A stretch of DNA of 64,000 nt from Octopus sinensis (Eukaryota), in contig NW_021836314.1 in NCBI RefSeq assembly GCF_006345805.1, forward strand, positions 1 through 64,000, given 5' to 3'. Every line of letters begins with the position of its first letter. Within the stretch, counting starts at the first letter, position 1. Position numbers and translations under genes: made by a program. Below the pieces are notes generated by a model that had not been told where the DNA came from, made no database searches, and was given only the letters and a program-made list of their open reading frames with translations. Of the stretch, positions 1 through 12,495 are shown piece after piece.

Positions 1-949
1 CATTTAAATTGATGTAATTTTGTATTGTTCAATTAAATTTAGCCGATTGAAACTGCATAACTACTTGATATCCTGTAGATTATTATATATATAATTCTTA
101 TATATATTTTTTTCTATATATTCTTAAAAAACAATAAATAAAATAGAAATAGAGGTGTGTGCATATGTGAATATATATATTTTATATTTTTTCGAGCAAT
201 ATAACTGGTCGGGATATGACTATCAGAATGCTGTCTGTTTCGCGCGGCCTCTATGTTGAATTTCGTCAATATATTGATCACTCTTTAGACATACTGACGG
301 AAGCGCAAAACCTAATGTCCTAGAAATGGGTAGATGTTTATTGATTTGGCGATGGTAAAATGAAATGAATGGAAACGAAGCGAAAATATATCCTTTTCGG
401 CATGGGATATGATTGTTCCTCTCTTATATCTCTTAGACATTGTTTAAAGCGTATAAGCTGTGTGTGTGTATCTATCGTTTCTTATTCAAAAATTAATATG
501 ATCACTTCAAACAAAATGAAATTCCGCCGAGGAAAAATATTTGCAGCATTGAATAATTTTCCTGAGTGAATTAAAGAAAGTACTGGAATGTGTTGAATTA
601 TTCTGCCCAGTAGAGTCTGCATCTTCTACTTCTATACAAAATTAGAAGAAAACATTTTTGCCCTCGGTTAATTGGTATAATTAAAAAGAAACTGAGCAAA
701 GACAAACAGTTCCGTAGGGACAAGAAACGGAAAAGCGCAAAATAAAATGCTTTTTTTTTAAATTATCCAAGCTTTGAGAAAATGTAAATAAATAGTTGTG
801 TGTGAGAGAGAGAGAGAGAGGGAGAGAGTCTGTGTGCTTGGTATCATCTACTGTGGTTGATGATGACGACAACGACGAAGAGGTTGGTGATTGATGAAGC
901 TAATTATGACGGTAATGATGATTAAATTAATAAGAAACACGATACTTAC

Positions 950-1065
950 TTTCATCAATGAATTTCATGTGGCTTTTCTTAACTCCTAAGTTAAGCAATT
1001 CCTGGGAATTGTTCAAAACTGGGAGATATTGCGCCGCAGTTGACTTTCAGTCATTTCGCTAAATA
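950..1065 (-). CDS. Probable exon, SEA-like C-terminal part (1-nt deletion in a T run as assembled)
   Basis: ctgtacag|TA...GAA A|gtaagt; FSEMTESQLRRNISQ[F]LNNSQELLNLGVKKSHMKFIDE if the A4 run at 1015-1018 is A5. Confidence 0.5.
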
Positions 1066-1206
1066 CTGTACAGTAAATAGCAAATATTTTATTTCTGTTT
1101 GAGCTGAAATAAAAAATAAATACATACATGTATGTCGGTATGTATGTATGTATGTAGCTAGCTAGCTAGCTAGAAATATAATACATACTATATAGATATA
1201 TATATA

Positions 1207-1253
<47 letters not shown>

Positions 1254-1254
1254 A

Positions 1255-1300
<46 letters not shown>

Positions 1301-1310
<10 letters not shown>

Positions 1311-1798
1311 ATTCGAGACAAAACCACTATTTTAAAACCAAACAAGGAAAGACTTAATCAATACATAAAATTTTAATATAAATTAAATAAACCGCCACTA
1401 CAAATGTTTCATGTCTGCTCCGACAATCTTCAGGTGGATTTTCGATCTAAAAATAGCAATATTTTAAAATATAATTTAAAATAATTTAAATTAATAAAAC
1501 AATAAAATTATCAATGAAAGAATGTAAAAAAATAAAAATATAATCTATATATAATCTATATATAATCTATATATAATCAATATATAATCTAAAATAATCT
1601 AAAATAAACCCTATAAACAATTGAATATAAAAACCTATTATAAAAGTTCTCATATTTAAAAATGTACAAAAACCAAAACCACAGACATGAAACATTTGTA
1701 GTGGCGGTTTATTTAATTTATATTAAAATTTTATGTATTGATTAAGTCTTTCCTTGTTTGGTTTTAAAATAGTGGTTTTGTCTCGAATTATATTATAT
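1301..1798. mobile_element. Penelope-like terminal fragment with ~117-bp inverted arms (1301-1417 / 1682-1798) next to (TA)n
   Basis: The arms are reverse complements; they contain the hammerhead 3' half; the spacer has an 11-12-bp ATAATCT(A/T)-type tandem. Confidence 0.7.
1395..1437 (-). ncRNA. Minimal type I hammerhead ribozyme (Penelope-type)
   Basis: Minus strand CCAC-CUGAAGA-UUGUC GGAGCA GACAU-GAAAC-AUUU-GUA-GUGG: stem I CCAC/GUGG, intact core, stem II, 2-bp stem III, GUA cleavage triplet. Confidence 0.8.
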
Positions 1799-2386
1799 AA
1801 TATTTTACTATAAATTGGATTTAACCCTAAATCTGATTTTTCCCTATTTTGGATTCATTCCCTAATATTATTATATATATATATATATAATATACATTCG
1901 TTTAAAAGCTGCCCTGTTAATCTTGGGGTCCAACAATGACACCATGCATTGAGTACATATTAAGTTTCATGAAACATGAATATTTCTCAAGCAATGAACA
2001 ATTTTCATCAAAGCAATGATATAATTTGTCGACTCGGAACTTATTGCAAAGCTTCATGATAAACAACAGTACCACCACCATCGCCACCATATCTGCCATA
2101 CACACGCCATCCAGACTTCTGACGCCATCACCATCAATACTTTTCATCACTTCCCCCTCCACAACCATCACCACTGTCTTTCACATCGCTTTCTATCACT
2201 ATATTCAAATATAGCTCAGGATTGGATTATCATAGCTAAAATAACCGCATTCAGTATGGTTGAGAACAGAATTAGTTAAGAAGGCTCGAACTACAAGCGG
2301 GTGACTAAAAGTTGGCCTTAAGAATATATTCGTCCACTAAGAAATCCACATGAAGGTCTTCACTCCCTGCATAAATCTTTAAATAC

Positions 2387-2430
<44 letters not shown>

Positions 2431-3147
2431 CCTGGTTGGTTTTAAATTGCGTGTTAGCCACCTTCAATATTTTATAATCTTCACATTGCCATTTTGTGAA
2501 ATCAGTCCCTAATTCCTATGGCATTCTCAATGATACTGAGAGGCGTGAGTTAGCCTCCACCAGCCGTAATGGAGTGAGCATTGCTGATGAGTATTAACTT
2601 CCTATAAGAAATTACCATGCTAATCTAATCCATCTGGCTTACCGTGGGGAATGTTCTCCCCACTGTCAATGCAAACAGACCATATGTCTTTTTGTGGCTA
2701 AGGAGTCTATGACTAATATTTTCTAATAATGCTGGTGCTCACTGCACTCTTTTCACACTTAGTGACTGTGAATTATTCCTTGTTGGTTTCAAATTGCCGG
2801 TAGCCACCACAATTTATATATATACACACCCATATATATGTGTGTATATATATGTGTGTATATATATTGTGTGATGTTATGTATGTATATATATATACAT
2901 ATATATATATACAGCAATTTAATAAATAAAACATATGCATACATACATACATATATGTACATACCTACATCTATACGTATATATACATATATATATGAGT
3001 ACAGGACACTACAAAAAAGCGTAGAACACAACGAGAAAACATGAAATCAAACAAGGAAACGGACTCTTTTCAACAACGAAAAAACAGAGTACAAGACAAA
3101 CAATACAAGGAACATTCCCCTTCTTCAGCTGCTCCTGTTTCGACTCA

Positions 3148-3201
3148 ATGCGTATGTATGTATATATATGTATATATATATATATAAATATATATATATA
3201 T

Positions 3202-3262
<61 letters not shown>

Positions 3263-3286
3263 GTATGTATGTATATGTATATATGC

Positions 3287-3360
<74 letters not shown>
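3148..3360. repeat. (TA)n microsatellite; many others (e.g. ~1190-1310, 6095-6165, 17478-17560, 53590-53700, 56440-56540, 58225-58390, 61040-61155)
   Basis: Direct reading. Confidence 0.95.
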
Positions 3361-3361
<1 letters not shown>

Positions 3362-3456
3362 CAGTCTCTGTATCTTTATATGGGTTTGTTTGTCCTTTGT
3401 ATAATAAAACATTGATAAAACACTTAAACATTTCATTGAATGTATGAATTAGTATA

Positions 3457-4485
3457 TTGTGGGTCACAAGTACAACACTGTTGATTATTGTGACGTATAA
3501 TACATGCGATGATGCCGCTCTGGTAACACACACAGAAGAAGCCCTCCAAAGGCTCATTAACTGTTTTGAGCAAGCATGTAACGACTTTGGCTTAGCTATC
3601 AGCCTTAAGAAGACCAACATCATGGGTCAGGCTACATCGGACAAGAGGTGGAGAAGTTTACCTATCTGGGCTCTACCGTCACCTACAACCTATCCCTTGA
3701 CGCTGAGCTCAATATACGCATTGGCATTGCAAGGCAGCTGCGCGATGGCCCAACTCTCCAACGGACTTGGGACAACAATAAGCTGACCAAGACCACAAAA
3801 TAAGATCTACCAGGCATGTGTACTCAGCACTCTACTGTATGGAAGCGAGACCTGCGCTATACACACGCCAAGAGCGTCGCCTAAACATCTTTCACCTGCG
3901 CTGCCTCCGAAAAATCCTCCACATCAAATGGCAGAATCATATCCCCAACAAAGATGTCCTCAGGCAAGCAGGAATACACAAGCATGTTTGCACTCCTCAC
4001 ACAAAACGTATGAGATGGCTTGGGCTGTTAGCCGTATGAAAGATGGCAGAATCCCCAAGGACATACTCTAACGGAGAGCTTGCTAGCGGTACCAGGTCTG
4101 TGGGTAGCCGATCTTACGTTACAAGGATGTTTGCAAAAGGGACATGAAGGCCTGCAACATCAACATTAGCGGTTGGGATGCAGTCGCCGGCAACCGTGGA
4201 GAATGGCGTCGTACAGTAAAGAGTATACAGAGGAGTGACAGAAGAGAGAGGAGAAATGGAAAGAAAGGAAGAGACATGAACAAGAGACCATGGCACTACA
4301 ACCAGCCAGGAACAGTCTTCGCTACATTTGCAGTACCTGCCAGAGGGAGTGTTTGTCCAGATAGGACTACACAGCCACAGCAAGAAATGTAACAGGAAAT
4401 AAAATATAACAGCCGGACTAGACCTAGAAAAAAAAAAAATGCGCAACTCCATTGTCTCCCGAGACGAAAGGATGCCAAACAATAC
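3457..4485 (+). mobile_element. RTE (BovB-like) LINE, 5'-truncated and frameshifted
   Basis: [41 protein letters not shown]; RRLNIFHLRCLRKILHIKWQNHIPN; RTE-type 3' end. Confidence 0.9.
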
Positions 4486-4556
4486 ATGCGATAAAATCGA
4501 ATGTTTGGAACAAAAGCAAATAAATTTGAATAAATGTGCTAGAAGCATTTGCTTAC

Positions 4557-4609
4557 CCACAGTCTTCAACTCTAAATGTTCCCGTCACGGTTGAAAGGTC
4601 ATGCTCCAT
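4557..4609 (-). CDS. Probable exon continuing SEA-like domain
   Basis: cttttgcag|ATG...GG|gtaagc, phase 0-2; MEHDLSTVTGTFRVEDCG; the following phase 2-1 exon was not found. Confidence 0.4.
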
Positions 4610-4777
4610 CTGCAAAAGCCGGATGTATATATATATAAATATATTATATATAATATATATATATATATATTATATATATAATATATATATATATATATAA
4701 TATACATACATTAATGAAAGAAACTGAGTTTGATTTAAAAGTCGTTGAGATGTATTGAAAAATAGATAAAGAATATT

Positions 4778-5077
4778 TTATTCTGAAACGCAGGATAATG
4801 CTAATGATATAACGTGAACCGGATGAAATATCCATAATTTGCAGAAAAATCTGTCGGCGGCCAGCTATGTGACTACACCTCACACCCCTGTGATTACGCT
4901 TTAAGTGCTTTACCATTAAGCTAAACTGCGCGAACGACAAATACTTCTGCAAAGTTAGGCTATATACATCTAGCTTTATAAGACGCGTAATCTGGCCGCC
5001 GACAGAGTTTTCGGCAACAGGTGAATACTTTATCCTGTTCATGCTATACTATTAGCATCATCCTGCGTTTGAGAATA
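4778..5077. mobile_element. MITE with ~90-bp imperfect TIRs
   Basis: tattctgaaacgcaggataatgctaat...ctgtcggcggccag versus ctggccgccgacag...attagcatcatcctgcgtttgagaata; TA at both ends. Confidence 0.75.
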
Positions 5078-5598
5078 TAATTATATATAAATATATTAGC
5101 TTGACACTCGGTAAAGTGGGGGAAATGAGAGGGTTTTTAATGTTCCGAGCATATCTCTTTTTCAGAAAGGAAAACGAAAATGTTGAGAAGAAAAATATTA
5201 CCAAAAGGAAGTGTGTGTGTGTGTAAACATAAGATTAGTGATATTTTTGAGTAGGATTTTATTTACTGTCAGAATCGGAAATTATATCACGGAATATATT
5301 AAGACAAAATAGTGGATAGAACAGTCTTTTTATTGACCAGCAAAAATTCAGTAAGTTAAAAAAGAAAGTTTTATGTAATAGTTTACTATCAGTAAATGGA
5401 GTTGAATGTCTGAATTTCATGAAACCTCACTATTTATTTGACGTTTCACATTTCTTCTATAAAATATGCATGTGTGTGTGTGTATGTGTGCGTGAGAGTG
5501 TGTATTTGTATGCATGTTGCGCATGTTCAGTGCATATGTGTGCGCGCATGTGCGTCTGTGTACGGAGAAAGAGAGAGAGAGGGCAGATATCTACTCAC

Positions 5599-5706
5599 GG
5601 CTCTTGATATGTTCTCAGCGGGGATTTTATATTCGTTGAACTTTTTAAAATCAAACGAAATACGAGGGATTTGGTCCAGCCTATGGATTGATATAGAAAA
5701 TAATCT
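5599..5706 (-). CDS. Probable exon, SEA-like domain start
   Basis: gcag|AGA...GCC|gtgagt, 108 bp phase 0-0; RLFSISIHRLDQIPRISFDFKKFNEYKIPAENISRA resembles the SEA beta1/helix by eye; acceptor is weak. Confidence 0.5.
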
Positions 5707-6093
5707 CTGCTTTTATAAATGAGACACACGTCATAGATGCACATAAAACCCACATACGTAGATAAAAATATACATTTATAATCACATATACACTTAAAAT
5801 ACTATATATATATATATATTATTCTTATTCTACCTATTATATACGTTTTTTATTATTATTATTATTATTTGCAATTTACTTAAGCATTGACATTTAATTA
5901 TTATTTATTTTTTATATTTCTATTATATGTAATTTTCTAGATGGTGTAATTTAATTGTTCATTTTGAATTGATAAAAAGTGTTTTTTTTTATTTTATTTT
6001 TTATATACAATCTTATAATGTGTGAAATTTGATTTAGTATTTCTAATTTAATTTTTCCCTTGTAAGTTTGGATTTTATTCACTCAAATAATAT

Positions 6094-6169
<76 letters not shown>

Positions 6170-6171
<2 letters not shown>

Positions 6172-6430
6172 TTATCATTCTTCCCTTCTTCCTGTCGCTC
6201 TCTTCGTGTATCGGCTATCAATGCCTGCACGTGGATGATTGGTTCCATACATCGTTAGGACCTTTCTTGACTTCCTGTCCAACTCCTTTAGCTTCTCCTC
6301 CGTCCACTTCAGTTTTCCAGCATCATTCCGAACTACTGCTACTGACTGCGTGCGAGTTTATCGCCGAAATTATGTTCCAGGCATTCAGCTTTCTAACCAA
6401 TTTTTGCTCACTCGCCAAAAGTGCTCTCTT
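6170..6430 (-). mobile_element. R4/Dong-like (RLE) non-LTR fragment
   Basis: Frameshifted KLNAWNIISAINSHAV...KWTEEKLKELDRKSRKVLTMYG post-RT motif. Confidence 0.7.
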
Positions 6431-6669
6431 TTACTCTTTTCCTTCATGTCGTGGTGTTTATTTCCATCTGTGAGTGTGTGTGTGTGTTAGAGAGAGAGAG
6501 GGGGGGAGAGGGAGAGAGGGAGAGAGAGCATTGCAAACAGTATATATATACACACACACGTATACACATCAAAATATTTTCCCGTATATTAATTACTATA
6601 AATATTCTTATTAACTATCAATTTGTAATAAACTTGTTAGTGTTTATTTAGACAATAAATAACACTTAC

Positions 6670-6852
6670 CAATGAAATCATTCTGTTACACAAGTGTCCG
6701 ACGCAACAACCAGTACAAGACGTGCCATTCGTCCGTTTATTGCATGTAAGGGTATTGTTTCTCATAGCTTCAACACATTTTCTGTATGTGCTGCAGGACC
6801 TTTCAGTCTTCAGTTTAGCACCGTTCATTGATATTGCGAATCGGCATACAGG
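6670..6852 (-). CDS. Ly6/three-finger domain exon, C-terminal half
   Basis: ttacag|CCT...TTG|gtaagt, 183 bp phase 0-0; PVCRFAISMNGAKLKTERSCSTYRKCVEAMRNNTLTCNKRTNGTSCTGCCVGHLCNRMISL with the CxxCCxxxLCN terminal motif. Confidence 0.9.
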
Positions 6853-7114
6853 CTGTAATAATAGATATGAAAATTATACACTACAACAACAATATTTATT
6901 AGGACGATTACTGCTAATTACAGCAACAACAACAGAAACAACACCACTGGGGATGTTTACCATGCAAGTAAGTTTAATCATTGCTTTAAAATACCCAAAA
7001 GCAATAAATGAAACCGTAAAAGAGTTGCCGAATTGTTGAAAGTTAACAGCATAAGTAAAATTCCGTAAAAGTTATTGCTATTTAGTATTCAAAAATCATG
7101 TTTTAAATGCTTAC

Positions 7115-7203
7115 AGTGTCCAAACCTCTCGGATCACAAGGAGATATGGCCATCGGATCACGGTCTGTATCAAAACCGCATCGCACTGTCACCCATTGCC
7201 CAA
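7115..7203 (-). CDS. Candidate alternative exon (phase 1-0, 89 bp)
   Basis: ttttaag|TT GGG CAA...ACT|gtaagc; open frame GQWVTVRCGFDTDRDPMAISPCDPRGLDT; phases fit between the LRRCT exon and the 6670-6852 exon. Confidence 0.4.
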
Positions 7204-8813
7204 CTTAAAATAGGTTAAATTATCCTAATAAAGATGTATCAATTCTCTAAAATTTCTTCTTACTGGAGGAATGCTCAAGAGGAATTTTTCATATAAAATT
7301 TACGGAAAATCATGCGTACAAAACTCACCAACAAGAGAAACTAATATGCCTTTACCCAAAGATGAAAATGAAATATAATTGTCAGATTGAACTCCTCAGT
7401 CCAAGCAAATAAAACAGAAAATACATAAAACGAACACAAGAGAAACTTCGTTTTATTTTGCAAGTATATTTTATATGAAAATACGGTATATTAGTATAAA
7501 ATTTGGAGAGAAAACAACCAAGGTCTTGTTAACTTAATAAGGGACATTCTGAAAACGAAAAATATCAGAAATGGAGAAGAATATTTAAGAAAAGAATCCA
7601 TCACGAAAACGCAATTAATAATCGCAAACACCTAACAATAATAAAAGCAATGAAAATGTAGACATTGAAGTTAGAAATAAGATTTGCATTGCCTTAGTTT
7701 GAAATTGAAACTTGTTTCTTCCAATGTTGGAAAAGTTTTAGAAAGAAAATTGGATCTCCCAAACTGAGTGAGGATGTCATGAAAAAATAACCAATGATAG
7801 TGTCCGAAGGCTGGCGTCTTCAAAAGAGCCAATGGAGTCGGTGATTGCAAATGAATGAATCATTACATAAGCTAACTCAGCTTCAAGAAAACAGAAAGGT
7901 CTGAGATCAGAACAGACAATGAAACAGGCAACAGATTGCAGCCATGCTCTTATGTCACGCTCTATTCTCCTATATTCTCGTAATGTGAAGCATTGATCTG
8001 TGACATTACCGGTGTCTTTTATTGTTTCTCTTGTGTTTCTTTCACCAATGTACAACTGTGTATTCAGAGATATGCCTGACAATTTTAATTTGTGTTTTAG
8101 CTGCGTTTTAAAGTTATAGGTTTTACCTTTCTGTGAAACAATATGACCCCCACCTATTATGTTCTGGAGAGCTTATTGTACTACTTGATGTGAGGGAAGA
8201 TTTAATCTGTTTCGAATATTTCATAACCTCGTATATCAAACAACCTCTTTTGCTATGGCCAGCAGATGAAGGAAAAGTCTCATTTGCTTCTTAACTTATT
8301 CAATCCGCTCCCTGTAATGTTTGCGAACTGGTAGGGCCAGGTTCGACTTCCAGTTACCCCTCTAAGGTTGGTGACCCGAGGTCATTCGACAAGGAACCTT
8401 GATTCCAAGTTGACTTATAGCCACATACATTCATGCATCCTACTCTAAGGACAGCCATGTTTGTCGGAGAAAGGTCACTCTAAGTTCGTGTGTTCGTTTC
8501 TTGAATAGGTATTCCTGGACAGGGTAGAACGTTGCGTCCTTGAACAAGGCACTTCATTTCACTTTGTCCCAGTCTAATCAAGTGAAATGTGTCCCAACCT
8601 AGTGATGTTCATCTATTTCTTCTCTTCAATCGTCACATCCTTCTCGTCCCATTGAGTCATGAATAAGAAGATCGACAGGGTGTGTGTATGTCTACGCAGG
8701 CGCATAAAAAAAACTAGCGAAAGCATAGTACAATCTATGTGGCCTTAATGGCTTTCGAGTGACGGTTGTGGATATATTTTAACGAAAAGGAAGAAAGTAA
8801 TATTCCAGTTTAC

Positions 8814-8903
8814 CTCTGTTCCTGGACAGCTTGTCACTTCATTCATTGCATATGATTCCTGAACATGTTTGACACTGTAAATTCCGTTGAAATAACGAGT
8901 AAT
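8814..8903 (-). CDS. Ly6/three-finger domain exon, N-terminal half (one extra base as assembled)
   Basis: ctgtag|AT... phase 1 matches the LRRCT exon; (N)YSLFQRNLQCQTCSGIICN then, after a 1-nt shift, EVTSCPGTE|gtaaac. Confidence 0.75.
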
Positions 8904-9396
8904 CTACAGAATACAAGTAAATATCTGTATTTATGAACCAAATAATGCAATGCATAGCAATAACAAGAAATATTTTCTTTCAGATGTAAAAACAAATGTA
9001 TGCGTGTTAGTATTGAATCAATACATGTTAGACATATAAAGCAAATTATTAACAAAGACTATAAACCTATTTTCATGTTCATTCGGAAACGTTTCAATAA
9101 TGTCACAAATTCAACTGAGAGAAGCATGAAAGCCACTTGTTGTCCTTTTAGTATTCTGATGTAACAAACACGTGAAAATCGTTGAACAAGTCAAATAAAG
9201 GGATTAAATTTGTAAGTTGCAACCATTGATGCAGTGGGAACTCCCTAATGAAACCTGAGAATCTCATTTAAGTTATGCTGCAATGTCATATAGTATGTGA
9301 AGAAGGCCATAATATGTGAAGTGAGCAAAACAATATTTGGATAAACAATAAAAATTATGATCACTAATATTGTGCTTTTTCCAATATACACACATT

Positions 9397-9472
9397 TATG
9401 TATGTATGTATGTATGTATGTATGTATGTATGTATGTATGTATGTATGTATGTATGTATGTATGTATGTATG

Positions 9473-9500
<28 letters not shown>
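9397..9500. repeat. (TATG)n microsatellite; others at ~10880-11090 and ~59255-59390
   Basis: Direct reading. Confidence 0.95.
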
Positions 9501-9504
<4 letters not shown>

Positions 9505-9559
9505 GGTTTTAGTTGCCAATCCTGTAAAATACATTGTAGATATTTAGCTGGGCTAAAAA

Positions 9560-10760
9560 GTCACATTCGATCACAGCACCAGTAACAGTTAAGCTTCGTC
9601 CAATGGCCATACTCGGTAACAAGGGGGCAGCCATAATAATACATGTATGTATTATGTATGTATGTATGTCATTATTCACTGTTATTTCAAGATTTCTTGG
9701 CAATAGAGAAGGAGAGAGTTTCTATCCTACACCTACGGCTCCTTCATTGGAATTTCAACAACATCAATATTGCCATCATCTCGGAACTTTCTACCAACAT
9801 ATCCATGCATAGTCTCCTGTTTATAGATACTCATCTGTTCATCTAATGATACGTTGCGGTAGAGTCGTGCGACATCTTTGAGCATGTATTCTGTTATCAG
9901 ATAAGGAATGTTGCTCAAGGAGCTGCCTTCCAAGTCATATGAATTATGCAAACTTGGTCAAAGGATGCACTTTGACATTTGTGGTTATAAGATGTTACCG
10001 AAAGGATATGATACGACATTCAAAGACATTTTGCATCGATGTTAAGCCCCTGCCGCCTTGTTTTCGTTTTAAGGAGAGGGGGTCTACTTTACCGTTTATG
10101 TGGAAATTATGTGTACTTGTCAGTATTTTCCGGGTTTTCACATAAACAGCTCGGATCTCATCAAGTGACCAATAAAACAGCCCAAATGTCAGTATGAGTA
10201 CTTGCACAGCAAACACGTTTGTGGGCAATGTTTTATTGAATGCATAGATTTCTGAGGTCGAAATTTTATTTATTCAGCTGTAATGTTCTTTGTTTATACT
10301 TTAATGACACCTGTAAGTTAATGGTACCTGTAAAAAAGCACTTGTTTTGTTACAGGTGCTGTTATGAGATATATTTTCAACCACCCCTAGATATCTGTAA
10401 CATTCCTCTTCAGATATAGGGGAAACTGTCAGGTCATTGATGGCGATGTTGCTAGTCTGGTTTACATTTTTCGCCCTTTTCACAACCATATAACATTTAT
10501 CCTGAACAAACGCCAACCCAACATTTTTTGAGAATGTTGTAACTTGGTCAAGGCTCTTTTTCATCTCATCCATATTCTTTGCATAAAGTTTTTAAGTCAT
10601 TCACAAAGAAACAGCGTTCAATTTTGTAATTTCTGTTTCCTTTTGAACCAATGAGATATCCTTAACATGAATGACATGAGGTTTACAGAAAGTATAAACA
10701 ACATCATAACGAGGTTGTCCCCTTGGAATATGCCTTTGCGATATTGTATTCTGTCAGTGA
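9560..10760 (-). mobile_element. Decayed R4/Dong-like non-LTR retrotransposon, RT region
   Basis: GIFQGD motif near 10735, YRYLGV, and LKRKQGGRGLTS in separate frames. Confidence 0.85.
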
Positions 10761-12286
10761 TAATAGTCACTCTTTGTGTTTAATTTCATGATGGTGGCTC
10801 ACAATGGAATCAGGTCAGCTATGGCTTTGATTATGCCTCACTGGAAATTTACCAAGCTGAAGGACTTCTAGCATCCATGAGTGTGTATGTATGTACGTAT
10901 GTACGTATGTATGTATGTATGTATGTATGTATGTATGTATGTATGTATGTATGTATGTATGTATGTACGTATGTATGTGTATGTACGTATGTATGTATGT
11001 ATATCTGTATGTATGTATGTATGTATATGTATGTATGTATGTATGTATGTCCGTATGTGAAAATGTATGTATGTATGTGTGTGCGTATGTACATACATAT
11101 ACATACTGACTCATATATTTTCTCGAGTGATGTGCTTCATCGGACTCCATTTTAAGTCTGTCATTTGGAACCTTCGCTGTTTATGCCGGATTCTTCTCTG
11201 TTGTAAACAATCAAGGCTGGTCTTTGGTTTCAGGATATCTTCCTACTTTCCCCCAACCAATCACAGCAGCCTTCTGAATGATCATGAGCATTGACTGTCT
11301 TCCTGGCTAAGCGCTAAATATATACTTTACCTCTCTACTTTACTCTCTCTACTTTTTCTTCTCTCTCTCTCTCCTCCGCAGCATCACTCTTACCAACCCA
11401 CATCCTCACATTATTTGTCCCTCCGCCCACATTTACACTTTATACACACTTCACACGCTAGACCACAGTTTCTACCTACACATCTCACTTCGGTAGCACA
11501 GTTACTCTCTGCACACTTTATTACACACAAAGACAAACACACACACACACACACATACACACAACTTTGTCCCATTGGATATTCTACATTTGACACACAC
11601 ATACAAATGCATACACACTCGTACATAGACTCATACATATTCCCTCACGCCACTCACTCTTCAAACACATACACACCTCACACACACATACCCATACTCA
11701 CAAGTGCTGCCCTCACACATTCACTTTTGCACCCAACGTTTTGCTTTGTATCTCTAAACCACTCACTTCTCTCTCTCTCCCTCCTCCTCCTCCTCCTTTT
11801 TCCTCCCACTACTGCTTGGCTCCTACTAACAGTTTACCTCCCCTATACGCACACATACCGCACCCTTCTTCTCTCCCTTTCCATTCGTGTTCACTCTTCT
11901 TCGAATAAAACCACTTTTGCTCTTCTCTCCTTCTTTCGTCAGCCATTTTCTGTCTCTCACTTAACCCATGTGTACCAACCCTTTGCTTGTACAGTTTACA
12001 TTATTTGACCTTCATGAAGTGTGCCATCTTTTTCAGACAATTTACATTACTGAATGTTTTGCCTGCATTTTGCCCTTTCTTGTCTTGGTATTTGATCTTC
12101 TGAAGCAACTTTTCTCTCTTATTCGATTTTTATCCTATAGATTCTACTGCAACTGTCCATGTCACGTTTGCTGACTTTACAGTGTTCCCAGAGCATTGAA
12201 CAGCAGTGATGGTGTCTGAATTGTGGTAACCGTCATGAATTATCATGAATACAGGTTTCTCTCTTCCAATATTTAGATGGCTTTCA

Positions 12287-12495
12287 AGGCGGCAAGCTGG
12301 CAGAAACGTTAACACACCGGGCGCAAAGCTTAGCAGTATTTCGTCTGTTTTTTCACGTTCTGTGTTCAAATTCCACAGAGGTCGACTTTGCTTTTATCCT
12401 TTCGGGGTAGCAGTTGCGTACTGGGGTCGATCCAATCGACTGGCCCTCTCCCCCCAAATTTCATGCCTTGTGCCTAGAGTAGCAAAGAATATTAG
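12287..12495 (+). mobile_element. tRNA-derived SINE (cephalopod-type)
   Basis: ggcggcaagctggcagaaacgttaacacaccgggcg...gttcaaattccacagaggtcgactttgc...ggggtcgat; related copy at ~16240-16400. Confidence 0.8.

Noticed and set aside
200-640. Possible final exon(s) with a TM or GPI tail
   Set aside because: Acceptors exist (~633, ~319 on the minus strand), but no frame gives a clear hydrophobic anchor without assuming further indels.
3050-3150. CTGAAGA motif on the minus strand as a hammerhead
   Set aside because: No GAAA and NUH in a compatible order and pairing.
2789-3447. YI/IY- and CM/YV-rich ORFs over microsatellites (also 9370, 10815-11155, 53467-53850, 58153, 60970)
   Set aside because: Simple-repeat translations.
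7777-8082. 101-aa minus-strand ORF inside the LRR gene
   Set aside because: No recognisable domain and no convincing donor or phase fit; the Ly6 domain is complete without it.
8839-8841. TGA as selenocysteine
   Set aside because: The residues after the TGA in that frame lose the Ly6 cysteine pattern; a 1-nt shift restores CPGTE-PVC; no SECIS could be assessed.
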